In this document: positions 37,930 to 49,410 of the stretch, piece after piece
How positions within the stretch are numbered: the first letter of the stretch is position 1
How the letters are laid out: every line of letters starts with the position of its first letter
DNA from: Chiloscyllium plagiosum
Lineage: Eukaryota
Reading direction: 5' to 3'
Length of the DNA: 60,458 bases
Assembly (NCBI RefSeq): GCF_004010195.1
Contig: NC_057718.1
Span: forward strand, 24,734,159 to 24,794,616
Notes under the pieces: generated by a model
The model's database searches: none
Seen by the model: the letters and a program-made list of their open reading frames with translations, nothing else
What the model was told of the DNA's origin: nothing
Position numbers and translations under genes: made by a program

Positions 37930-38350
37930 ACACTTTGGACATCTTGGAGAAAACAATTCTTAGAACATAAAATTATTTCTAAATTAGACATTAAAACATA
38001 AATAGGAAAAGTTAATATATTTCTATAAATAATTAGAAGTGTAACTAATGATATTCTCACTCATTAAGTTGTAAAAGAAGCCATTGAAAATGTTTTTAAC
38101 CTCTGAACAAATAAGATTCTTAAAAGAGCACGATTTAGCAGCAACTTCAGAATCTAGGGGAATCTATGGATAATTTCACCGATGATCTCTACAGTTATGG
38201 TGGTTTAAAGTCAGAAGTCATGAAGGGCAGAATAATTGTTGAAATTGCTGCAGAACCTTTATCAAATTTGTTACATTCAAAATAAAATTTACAGCCAGTT
38301 GTACAGATAGTAAGGGAAGCTGAAGAGTAGGAGCACTGATCAATACTAAG
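37930..38350 (+). mobile_element. Gypsy-type LTR retrotransposon gag fossil
   Basis: WTSWRKQFL, NKILKRARF, GESMDNFTDDLYSYGGLKSEVMKGRIIVEI (38157-38246) resemble the Gypsy gag pattern ERAxF..Q..GES...DL...YG.L....RDRIV.G. Confidence 0.6.
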
Positions 38351-39314
38351 AGAAGATCAACTGGTATCACAAGAGATCAGCAAAAGTTCTTAAGGTACAA
38401 AACCACAAATGGCGCATAAGAACATAGCACTAAGAGCAAGAGTGGGCTTGCCCATTGAGCCTGCTCCACTATTTGATATAATCTCAGCCTCAACTCCATG
38501 TTCCTATCTATTCTCCATAACCATTCAACCCATTGCTAATTAAAAATTAATTAGGCATAAATTGCTCAATCTCTCTTCATAAGACATGTGAAAAGCCAAT
38601 ACAATGAGACAGATGGCAAACCAACTTGTCCTTTGATTACCAACCACCATATCTGACATGACCATACTCTATCCAGACCCAATGATCTCTCACGACTAAA
38701 CTACAATGCTGACCAGACCTGAATATCCCCCCAACCTGACCTGACTAACCCCTGGCCTAACTATCCCTTTCAACATATTCCAACCATCCCAACTCACCTA
38801 CCTACTTACCCACCCTGCCCGAAATTCGCTCATTATTCTACTCAACCATTCAGTCATCCATTCAAAAACTGGGATCAGGATGTCCTGGACTAAATATATT
38901 GCAGCATTGGGTTAGGAGAATATAAAAGTGCAGCGTAAATTGACAATGGTTGGAAAATCTTGTTCGACAATCCCTTTTCTCCTGCTAGAGAGAAGCAAGC
39001 AGAGTTTACACAAGGTTTCACGAGGGTTATAGTCCTCCCAATGCCACAGAGTGATGAATTTTCCATCACATTCCTGACCTTTGATATCTAGATAATGTAC
39101 AGGCTTTGGGGAAATTCTTGTCAAGAATTCCTTGCCTCTGACCAGCTCTCGTAGCTACAGTATTTGTATGGACAGTTCAGTTAACTTTCTGATAAATGGT
39201 AAGCTGTAGAATGTTGATGGTGGAGTTTCTGCACTGATAATGCTGTTGAATGTGAAGGACAGATGCAAACACTTTACTTCTTGGGTGCTACATGCCAACA
39301 TTTCCCTGGATCTG

Positions 39315-39870
39315 AATTGAAAAGCAGTTCACTCCCTCTGTGTCCAGCTAGCATCTGACTATACACAGAGTCCATACCTGATTTTCTGACAGCGGTCATA
39401 TTGCCTTCATTCTGCCACAGTCCACTGCACCACTTGAATTTTAGCTACCACATGAATGTCAAGGCTACCTGCTGACTATGTGATTGATGACTCTGGTAAG
39501 CAACCCATGCCTATGGTAAGTATGTAATAAAAGCCACAATGCCACCCAAAATGAGACAGAGCAAATCATTCATGTGTGGGTCAAGTGATGCCTGGATTTC
39601 TTTGGAACAGTACCAGGTGGAAAGTGTGTGAAAACATGGAGGTCTGTTGCATGCTCCACAACTTCACCATCAAGAAGTTCAGCTGTTACCAGTAGTTATA
39701 GCAGCTATACATACCAGTGATGACACAGACAGAAGCTAAAGATTAAGACAGTAAGAAGAAGGAGGAGGTAAGGAATATGTGGAGGAGGAAGAAGAGAGGA
39801 GGCAACCCTGACAGTTGTTTTCTGGCGAGTTCCACGAAGTGAAACTCATCCAAGCTCAGTATTAGTCATC
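39315..39870 (+). mobile_element. PIF/Harbinger transposase fossil (HARBI1-like DDE C-terminal half)
   Basis: HSLCVQLASD (cf. HSLNVQLVCD), HIAFILPQS, GYLL..LMT..NP, CLD, VCCMLHN (39642-39662), then an acidic tail. Confidence 0.75.
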
Positions 39871-40857
39871 CTAAACCCAATTCCCCATTTACAAACAGTT
39901 GTCCCTCTGATGTAGCATCTGCATGGCTATAATGCACCAACGATAACTATCAACAAATGAAGAATTCAAACCATAATTTTTAAAAAAGCTTTATGCATTC
40001 CGTAAGGCTTCTGTTCCACATTCCTTTGCCTATCATTGTGCTCTGGTGTTGTGCTACCATTATTCCTGTGTCATGGCTAGTGGAAGGCTGATGACTTCAA
40101 TAAGTTCTGGACTGAGGAGGCATGAATTTGAAATGGACCATTTTGCTTTGCACAGAAGCTGTCTTGGTAGGGCGACTGATGGGAAACAGCAAGGCACTGG
40201 TGCAGTGCCAATGACTAGAGGATGAATGCCATCATTCTGAGATTGTTTCCTGAGATTGTTTTCTGAGAGTCTCAAAATGTTTCTGCTCCAGGTCTGTGTA
40301 CAAGGGAGCCTGGTAATCTGTTAGATTATATTTGGCAGACTTTTGAGATAACACGTCACCTCCTTTGGAACCTGTAATCCATAGCCATTGGGAGTCTGAA
40401 TGGGGTATCTAAACCTGGAAAGCAGACTATCAGAATGAGGAATGAGTCATTTAGGTCTGAGATGAAGAGGAACGTCTTCAATTAAAGGAAAATTAATCTT
40501 TGGAATTCTTTATCCCTAAAGAGGCTCTAGACAGATATTTGTAGATATTAATGGAAAACAGATTTGGAGATAATGTGTTAAAGTAGTGTTGAGGTACATA
40601 ATCCTCCTTGGCATAGAATGATGGTGTATGCACAAGGGGCTGAATGGTCTACTTCTTAGTACCTATGGCAACAGACTAAACATGTATGATAACTGTCTGC
40701 AATTTGTGCTCCAATAGAAATTGTGATAACAGCATCAGATGTATCAGATTTGGGTGTGAACAAGTTGGACATCCCATCCATGTTGGAAGGGATGGGTTAG
40801 GATTCCACAGCTCTGTTCTAAGTTGGTGCTGAACTCCTTCACGCTCTATGGTATTTT

Positions 40858-41171
40858 AGATTAGATTAGATTAGATTATTTACAGTGTGGAAACAGGCCC
40901 TTCGGCCCAACAAGTCCACACCGCCCCGCCGAAGCGCAACCCACCCATGCCCCTACATTTACCCCTTACCTAACACTACGGGCAATTTAGCATGGTCAAT
41001 TCACCTGACCTGCACATCTTTGGACTGTGGGAGGAAACCGGAGCACCCGGAGGAAACCCACGCAGACACGGGGAGAACGTGCAAACTCCACACAGTCAGT
41101 CGCCTGAGGCGGGAATTGAACCCAGGTCTCTGGCGCTGTGAGGCAGCAGTGCTAATCACTGTGCCACCGTG
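40858..41171 (-). mobile_element. HE1-type SINE, young
   Basis: Full length, CpG-rich, (TTAGA)n tail on the + strand. Confidence 0.95.
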
Positions 41172-41369
41172 CCTTTGTTGCAGCTTTTCTTCACTGAGGA
41201 TTTCTCTGGTCATACCAGGCTGCATTCTTTTATAGACTATCCCATCAAAGTTCTCTACTGAGTCCTCTTCAGCAAATTCTGCAAATGGCTTTACACTTCA
41301 TTCAACTGGCACCGATGTTATCCTTGTCCCCCCACTCACTGTCTCAGGACACACACATTCCAGGAGAGA

Positions 41370-41710
41370 TAATAGTAATGTCATTGGATTAGTCATCCAG
41401 AGAACCCAAACTAATGCACTGGAAACAAATTCAAGACCCACCATGGTAGCTGGTGGAGAATTGACATTGAATTAATGAAGTCTGGAGTAAAAGCCGTGGT
41501 AGTGGTGTCCATGAAATTATCACTGTTAGTTATCTGGTTTATTAATGTCCTTTATGGAAGGAAATCTGCTTTTCTTTGTCTACATATGACTCCAAACCTA
41601 CAGCTGTGTGACTGACTTTTAACTGCCCTCCCAAATGGCCCAGAAAGCCAATCAGTTCAAAGAAGCATTTCTGAATTTGCAAAGCTGATATCCCATGAAG
41701 GATTTTAAAA
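41370..41710 (+). mobile_element. SINE family B
   Basis: Similar to 14812-15100 and 7428-7605. Confidence 0.65.
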
Positions 41711-41727
41711 AGTCTGTCCTCTGATAT

Positions 41728-41930
41728 AAAAATAGAAATTGCTGGAGAAACTTAGCAGGTCTGACAGCATCTATGGAGAGAAAGCATAGTTGACATTTCA
41801 AATCCATGACTCTTCATCAGAACAGTCACTGGATTTGAAATATAAACTGTTTTCTCTCCAGAGATGTCGAGTTTCTCCAGCAATTTCTGTTTTTGTTTCA
41901 GATCTCCATCATCCACATTGTTTTAAGCAA
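41728..41930. mobile_element. Fold-back PLE-like mini-element, family B', with hammerhead motif and 11-bp TSD
   Basis: AAAAATAGAAATTGCTGGAGAAACT and AGTTTCTCCAGCAATTTCTGTTTTT are inverted; TSD TCCTCTGATAT at 41717-41727 and 41931-41941; minus-strand GTT-CTGATGA-A-GAGTC-ATG-GATTT-GAAA-TG-TC-AAC at 41788-41823. Confidence 0.75.
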
Positions 41931-42240
41931 TCCTCTGATATGCTGTGTCAGTAACTGAGTTCATGGATGTAAATGTGAAGCTGAATGAAAGTGTTGTATT
42001 TTCATCACTCTTGCAGTTCTTCCATTGCCTTAGCAGGATGCACCTTTTGGATTCCTTAAAGGAACAAGTACAAAGGTAAAGTTAGTGTGTAGAGAAGGGT
42101 AAGTAAGAAATGTATGTTCACACCACTATGCTTTTAACACAGCAGACACAGTAGAATGAAAGGGAAATGCAATGTGAATTGGAAGTTAAGGAAATGGTCA
42201 TTTTAGCTATCAGCCCCACTCCTGGCCACATCCTCACTTG

Positions 42241-42555
42241 TTAGATTAGATTAGATTACTTACAGTCTGGAAACAGGTCGTTCAGCCCAACAAGTCCACA
42301 CCGGCCTGCCGAAGCACAACCCACCCAGACCCATTCCCCTACATTTACCCCTTCACCTAACACTACGAGCAATTTAGCATGGTCAATTCACCTAAACTGC
42401 ACATTTTGGACTGTGGGAGGAAACCGGAGCACCCGGAGGAAACCCACGCAGATACGGGGAGAATGTGCAAACTCCACACAGGCGCCTGAGGCGGGAATTG
42501 AACCCGGGTGTCTGGTGCTGTGAGGCAGTAATGCTAACCACTGTGTCACCGTGCC
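42241..42555 (-). mobile_element. HE1-type SINE
   Basis: Full length with (TTAGA)n tail. Confidence 0.93.
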
Positions 42556-42559
42556 AACC

Positions 42560-43010
42560 ATGATGGATAATGGCCACACCACGTCCTCCAGAGGGTTATG
42601 ACTTGCACGTGTGTCTGTTTCCCTTCAATTGTGCACCACATTCTGCAAAAGGAGGGTGACGTGTGTCCATGAGTGGTGAATGTGAAGAGTGACTTAATTG
42701 ACAGAGATTGTTGGTCGGTGAGTAAAGGAGTTGTGGTGCAGTGACTGATACTTGTGGATATGACATTTGAAAATGGAATCACTAACTTTGAGTAGTCACT
42801 GAGTCATTGGGCTTTTTGCAGCACTGTATCCACATTCCTGGGGCTTGACTGCTGGCATTTACTGCTCAAGCAATCAGCTCGCACTACTTTTTGAACATAA
42901 ATCCAGAGGGTCTCCTGCCACTCTACCCCCTAGCACGTCCCCCTGCTGAATACAGAGCATCTTTCCAATATTTCACCTCCTCATCCACTGCAGCACTCAA
43001 AATCGACTCA
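42560..43010 (-). mobile_element. Harbinger Myb/SANT accessory gene fossil with a remnant GT-AG intron (42643-42786)
   Basis: Minus strand EEVKYWKDALY...GRRPS...ELIA*AVNASSQAPGMWIQCCKKPND (trihelix/SANT-like), donor GTTAGT, acceptor CCTTTTGCAG, exon 2 VVHN*RE...PLED. Confidence 0.65.
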
Positions 43011-43222
43011 CTCACACATTGTGTCATTCTCCACTACTTCCCAGGTCAGAGTCACTTCCTGCAGGACTGCCAACACTGACTCCAGTCACAACTTTCCTTA
43101 CCATTAAAAAAAAGTACAGGCTGGCTTTTAATTGGTCCTAGCCAGGTAAGATTTGGCATTGATGTCCAGCCCATGGGTACCCTGGTTACCAGATTCTTAA
43201 TGCAGCAATCATTCAAATGATT

Positions 43223-43268
43223 GGATGGTGGTGGTGGTGGTGGTGGTGGTGATGGTGGTGATGGTGGG
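43223..43268. repeat. (TGG)n microsatellite
   Basis: Direct reading; produces the poly-Pro in ORF 43052-43420. Confidence 0.9.
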
Positions 43269-43861
43269 TTCAATAGAATTGGTATGCTACCAACACTGCG
43301 GACATAATTAATAATTAATCTATTTTCTGAAGTTAATTTAGTTCCCATGAGCATGACATCATATTCTAGCATGATCTCTTCTTCAACTCCTCTGACAATG
43401 TTGATGATTTTGATATCCAAACTTCACATATCTTCTGGCATTTTGTAACCAACTGTAATTCTGCTTTGCAAACATCAAATTAATCTCCCTGGGATGGTGA
43501 CAGACGTCAAATGTAAAGGAATTGTACACTCTTCTATGTTAACCTGCATGCAGCTTTGTCTAACATCTAGAAATTCCTTGACATTCTCCCAACTAGTTGT
43601 CAGAACAAACAATATAAACTTCAGGTTGAAATATAAAAGTGGCTCCTCCTGATTTTCAGCTGATGGCTCTGCTCAACGTGCGAGTCCAGCAGCAGATGCA
43701 TCCTGCTGATTTGAGAACTGAAACTTCTTATACACCAATTACACCAAGCAGGTATGCACCCTGCAACTTCTCAATGCACCAATGCACCACTGTCACAACT
43801 ATCCCACAGGCAAAAAGGCAATTGCCAGAAGTGAAGGGAAAGCTGAAACTAAGTATTGCAG

Positions 43862-44030
43862 CTGATATGGAGGTGCCAGTATTGGACTGGGGTGAACAGG
43901 GTCAGAAGTCACACAACATCAGGTTAGAGTGCTGAAGATGAAGTCTTCTGACAAAGGAACAGCACTCTGAATATTTGTGATTTCAAATAAACCTGTAGGA
44001 CTCTAACCCGGTGTTGTATGACTTTTGACC
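43862..44030 (+). mobile_element. Short PLE-like element, family C (copy 2)
   Basis: Inverted arms 43900-43930 / 44000-44030; decayed hammerhead ~43948-43975; near-TSD AAGTATT(G/T)CAG at 43851-43861 and 44032-44042. Confidence 0.6.
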
Positions 44031-44354
44031 GAAGTATTTCAGATAAACACCTTTTTAAGTAGCTTCAGTAAGGTCAGGTTTTCAGAATGCAATCTCAGTT
44101 ATGATAAGCTCCGACATAGCCACGCCAACCATTATCCAGGAACTGCTCTCTTTCAGTCTTAGTTTGGTGATTTCATACACACTCAGCTCCTCAATTAGAC
44201 CTGTGGAGTGACCATTTCTGCACACACCTCAAACTCCAGGATAAACCATCAGTTTCAGTCCTGATGACATCATTGGAGCCTGATTTGCATACTTAATGTG
44301 CACCCTGCTGGCATGCAGCTGGTGTCTGACAGTCGGCCCGATCAGTGCTAATTT

Positions 44355-45230
44355 CTGACCTGCTGCGCTTTTCCAGCAACACATTTTCAGCTCTGATCTC
44401 CAGCATCTGCAGTCCTCACTTTCTCCTAGTTGATTTTAACCTACTGCGAATCCTCTTACAAGGATGCCTTCCTTGAAGAAGCTCTCTTCCTCCCTCTACA
44501 AAGATTTCAGTGAGTCCCTCTCTCACTGCACACCCCAGGTCATCTCCTCTGCCCAGAAGCTCTTCAGCCACGTTCTCAAACAGACTCGCTACCACAACCA
44601 CATCTCCTTCCTCAGCACCTGCCTACGGAACCGACTGATCCCGCACGGACTCCGGACTACTTTCAGACCCACACCCCCCACCAACCCAACCTCCACTCGC
44701 GGCACCTTCCCCTTCAACTGCAAGAAATGCAAAACTTGCGCCCACACCTCCCCCCTTACTTCCCTCCAAGGCCTCAAGGGATCCTTCCATATCTGCCACA
44801 AATTCACCTGCACCTCCACACACATCATTTACTGCATCCGCTGCATCCGATGCGGCCTCCTATACATTGGGGAGACAGGCCGCCTACTTGCGGAACGTTT
44901 CAGAGAACACCTCTGGGACACCCACATCAACCAACCCAACCGCCCCGTGGCTGAATCCAACCCTTCCTAACCTGCAATCTTCTTCCTGACCTCTCCGCCT
45001 TCACCCCCACTCTGGCCTATCACCCTCACCTTATCACCCTCACCTTAACCTCCTTCCACCTATCGCATTTCCAATGCCCCTCCCCATAGTCCCTCCTCCC
45101 TACCTTTTATGTTAACCTGTTTGGCACACTTTCCTCATTCCTGAAGAAGGGCCCATGCTCGAAACGTTGACTCTCCTGCTCCTTGGATGCTGCCTGACCT
45201 GCTGCGCTTTTCCAGCAACACATTTTCAGC
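44355..45230 (+). mobile_element. Internally deleted (RT-less) Penelope-like element with direct terminal repeats and TSD
   Basis: 37-bp direct repeats at 44355-44391 and 45194-45230; TSD CAG(TG/CA)CTAATTTCTG at 44343-44357 and 45227-45241; hammerhead motif at 45137-45172. Confidence 0.9.
44464..44970 (+). CDS. PLE-derived ORF (168 aa): PLE N-terminus fused in frame to the Cys/His linker and GIY-YIG endonuclease N-terminal part
   Basis: ATG-started open frame; CKKCKTC, IIYCIRCIRCGLLYIGETGR...ERFREH (GIY-YIG motifs); no RT; expression unknown. Confidence 0.55.
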   Translation: MPSLKKLSSSLYKDFSESLSHCTPQVISSAQKLFSHVLKQTRYHNHISFLSTCLRNRLIPHGLRTTFRPTPPTNPTSTRGTFPFNCKKCKTCAHTSPLTSLQGLKGSFHICHKFTCTSTHIIYCIRCIRCGLLYIGETGRLLAERFREHLWDTHINQPNRPVAESNPS

Positions 45231-46059
45231 ACTAATTTCTGCCAAGGGCAGAGAATTAAAATTGAATCCAAGGTGTCTGAAATAGTCTACCTGAGGCTGC
45301 CTGATTTTCTGACATCAGAATTCTCTGCTGAAATGTTTTTTGAATTGTTGCATTATCTTCAGAATCAATGCAGTATTTGTAGGGGAAATCCAAAGTGGCA
45401 AATGTAATGTAAAAATGGAACATTCAGCTTAGGAGAACATACAACAGGAGGTGGTCACTTAGCCCATTGAGCTGACTTTACCATTCAGATCTGATTTTAG
45501 CCTCATCTCTACATTTTTATATACACCTGATAATGTTTTATTCCCTTGTTAATAAAGAATCTGTCCGCTACTGCCTTAAAAATATTTAAACATTCTGCAT
45601 GCACTGCCTTAACAGGAAAAAAATTTCAAAGACTCACAATTCTCTGACATAAAAATATGTTTCCGCATCTCTTTTTAAATGAGTGACTCCTTATTTTTAA
45701 ATGATGACTCCTGGTTCTAGGTGGAAGAAGGGAGCCTGGCGTAGAAACTGGTAGGGCTAGCTCAGCTTCAGGTCTACTCAATGTTTAGCCACAAGACTGA
45801 CTTAGTTAAGTAAGCAATTCCCTTGTGAGGTAGCAGCCCTTGAGTGAGAGTTGGAGGGCAATTATGAAAGAGTAACATTGACCAAAGTAAGAAGGCAAAT
45901 GATCAAGAAGGAAAGAAGCCACCAAGATAAGGTAATTAGTGAGAGGGAAGTGACGTTGAGGTAATATGGTTAAGAAATAAGGAGGGGGTGGTGGTGCTGT
46001 TGGGATGTTGTGATAACAGTGGATTACTAAAGGAGCAAAATTGAAAAATGCAGGGAATT

Positions 46060-49000
46060 CTTTTATTCACTCATGGGATGTAGGGCGTTGCTGGCTGGCC
46101 AGCATTTTATTGCTGTCCCTAGTTGCAGTTCAGAATATCATAGAGAGCTGCCTTCTTGAATTGCTGTTGACCAACAATGCCATTAGGGAGCAAATTCCAC
46201 GATTTTGACCCAGCAATGCTGAAGGAACTGCGATATATTTCCAAGTCAGGACGGTGATGGTTTGGAGGGGAACTTGCAGGTGATGGTGTTCTCATGTATC
46301 AGCTGCTCTGGTCTTTCCTTGGAAGTGGTCAAGAGTTTGGAAAGTGCTGTCTAAGGATTTTTGATGTATTTCACAGTGCATCATGTAGATAATAACTGCT
46401 GCTACTGAGAATTGATGGTGGAGGGAGTGGATGCTTGTGGATGTGGTGCCAATTGAGTGGGCTGTGTTGTCCTGGATGATGTCAAGCTTCTTGAGTATGC
46501 TTAGAGCCGCACCCATTCAGGCAAGTGGGAAGTATTCCACCACACTCCTGACTTGTGCGTTGTGGATTATGGACAGCCTTTGAGGATTCAGAAAGTGAGT
46601 TACTCACCACGTATTCCAAGCCTCTGACCCGCTCTTGTAGGCACTATGTTTATGTGGTGAGTCCAGTTGTGTTTTTAGTCAATGGCAATACCAAGGACAT
46701 TGATAGTGGGGGATTCAGTGATGGTTACACCATTGAATGTCAAAGACAGGTGGTTAAATTGTCTCCTATTGGTAATAGTCAAAGCCTGGCATTTGTGTGG
46801 CACGAATGTTACTTGCCACTTGTCAGACCAGGCCTGAATATTGTCCAGATCTTGTTGCATTTGAAGATGGACTGCTTCACTTGTGAATGCTGCTGAACAT
46901 TGGGAAATCACTGACAAACATCCCTACTTCTGACCTTATGATGAAGGAAAGGTCATTGATGAAGATGCTTGGGCCTAGGATACTACCCTGAGGAACTCCT
47001 GCAGAGATGTCCTGGAGCTGAACTGACTGACCTCCAAGAATCACAACCATTTTTCGGTAATGACTTCAACCACTAATTTCATTTTTGTAGGGCTCCTTGA
47101 TGTTGCACTCTGTCATTCTCACCTCCTCCATGGAATTCAGCTCTTTTGTCATGTTTGAACCCAGGTTGTAATGAGGTCAGGAGCTGAGTGGCTATGGCGG
47201 AAGCCAAACTGAGATTCATTAAGCAGGTTATTTCTGAGCAAGTGCTGCTTTATAGCTCTGTTGATAGAGTCATAGAGATGTACAGCATGGAAACAGACCC
47301 TTCAGTCCAACCCATCTGTGCCGACCAGATGTCCCAACCCAATCTAGTCCACCTGCCAGCACCTGGCCCATACCCTTCCAAACACTTCCTATTCATATAC
47401 CCATCCAGATGCCTTTTAAATGTTGCAATTGTACCATCTTCCACCAATTCCTCTAGCAGCTCATTCCATACATGTAAAACCCTCTGCGTGAAAACGTTGT
47501 CCCTTATGTCTCTTTTACGTCTTTCCCCTCTCACCATAAGCCTATGCCCTCTAGCTCTGGACTCTCTGACCCCAGGGATAAGGCTTTGTCTATATATCCT
47601 ATGTATGCCCCTCATGATTTTTTTATAAACCTCGATAAGGTCACCCCTCAGCCTCCGACACTCCAGAGAAAACAGTCCCAGCTTGTTCAACCTCTCCCTA
47701 TAGCTCAAATCCTCCAACCCTGGCAACATCCTTGTAAATCTTTTCTGAATCCTTTCAAATTTCACAATATCTTTCCGATAGTAGGGAGACCAGAATTGCA
47801 TGCAATATTCCAACAATGGCCAAACCAATGTCCTGAAAAGCCGCAACATGACCTCCAACTGCTGTACTCAATACTCTGACCAGTAAAGGAAAGCATACAA
47901 AATGCCTTCTTCACTATCCTATCTACCTGCGACTCCACTTTCAAAGAGCTATGAACCTGCACTCCAAGGTCTCTTTGTTCAGCAACACTCCCTAGGACCT
48001 TACCATTAAGCGTATAGGTCCGGTTAAGATTTGTTTTCCCAAAATGCAGCACCTCGCATTTATCTGAACTAAACTCCATCTGCCATTTCTCAGCCCACTG
48101 ATCCAGCTGATCAAGATCCCATTGTAATGTGCTGATGATTGCTTCCATCATTTTACTGGTAATCGATAGTGGACTGATGTGGTAATATTTGGCTAATTTG
48201 TTTTTTCAGTACATGCTTAGGCAACTTTTCACATTGTCAGGTAGATGCCAGTGTTGCAATTGTACTAGAACAGCTTGGCCAAGGGAGCAGCAAGTTCTAG
48301 AGCACAAATCTTCAGCACTATTGCCGTAATGTCGTCTGGCTTATAGTTTATGCAGTGTGCAGTACCTGTAACCATTTCTTGATATCATGGTGAGTGACTT
48401 GAATTGGCTGATGACCAGCATCTTTAATGCTGGGGACCACTGGAGGAGGTCAAGATAGATCATCTGTTCAGAATTTCATTACTGTGAATGTTTCAGCCTT
48501 ACCTTTTGCACTGATGTGCAGCATTCTTCCAACATTGAGAATTGGGGATTTTTTTTAGCCTCCTTGTCCAATGAGTTGTTTAATTGTCCACCACTATTAA
48601 TGACTGGATATAGCATGACTGCAGAGCTTAGACCTAATCTATTGGTTGTGGGTTCACTTAGCTCTGTCTGTCACTTGCTGCTTATGCTGTTTGGTATGCA
48701 AGTGGCCTGTTTGGTAGCTTCACCAGTTTGACCCCTCATTTTTTAGGGGTACCGAGTGCAGTTCCTAGCATCCCCTCTGCACTCTCCATTGAACCAGGGT
48801 TGATCTCCTGGCTTGATGGTATTGGTTGAGTGGGGGAATATGCTGAGCCATGAAGTTACAGATTGTGCTGGAGTACAATTCTGCTGCTGCCCCACAGTAT
48901 ATCATGCATACCCAATCTTGAGTTGCTAGATCTATTTGACATCTGCCATTTAGCATGGGCATAGTGCCACACAACACGATGGAGGGTATTCTCAATGTAT

Positions 49001-49410
49001 AGACAGGACTGTCATCTCCATAAGTACTTTGCGGTGGTTACTCTTACCGATACTAGCATGGACAGATGCATTTGCAGTTGGCAGATTGGTAAGGATGAGG
49101 TCATGTATGTTTTTCCCTCTTGTTGGTTCCCTTGCCACATGCTGCAGACCCAGTTTAGCAGCTGTGTCCTTTAAGACCCGACCAGCTCAATCAGTAGTGC
49201 TGTCACCAAGCCACTCTTCTTGGTGTACATTGAAATCACCCACCATTATGTGCCCTTGCCACCCTCAGTGTTTCCTCCTAGCATTGTTCAACGTTGAGGA
49301 GTACTGGTTCATTCCCAGAGGGAGGGTGGTACATGGTAACCAGCAGAAGACTTCCTTGCCTATGTTTAACCTGAAGCCATGAGACTTCAGGGGGTCCAGA
49401 GTCAATCTGA
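46060..49410 (-). mobile_element. Decayed CR1/L2-group LINE (second family) with a nested HER1
   Basis: QQDLDNIQAWSDKWQVTF..KCQ..TI (RT C-terminus), VSWLQVKH...LLVTMYHPPS (endonuclease); tail AATAAAATGCTGGCCAGCC...CCCATGAGTGAATAAAA. Confidence 0.8.
47264..48127 (-). mobile_element. HER1/CR1 LINE 3' fragment nested in the second LINE
   Basis: ORFs 47250-47858 and 47762-48151: LEYCMQFWSP...RRLRGDLIEVYK, KCEVLHFG. Confidence 0.93.

Noticed and set aside
43052..43420. Proline-rich 122-aa ORF
   Set aside because: Poly-Pro comes from a (TGG)n microsatellite
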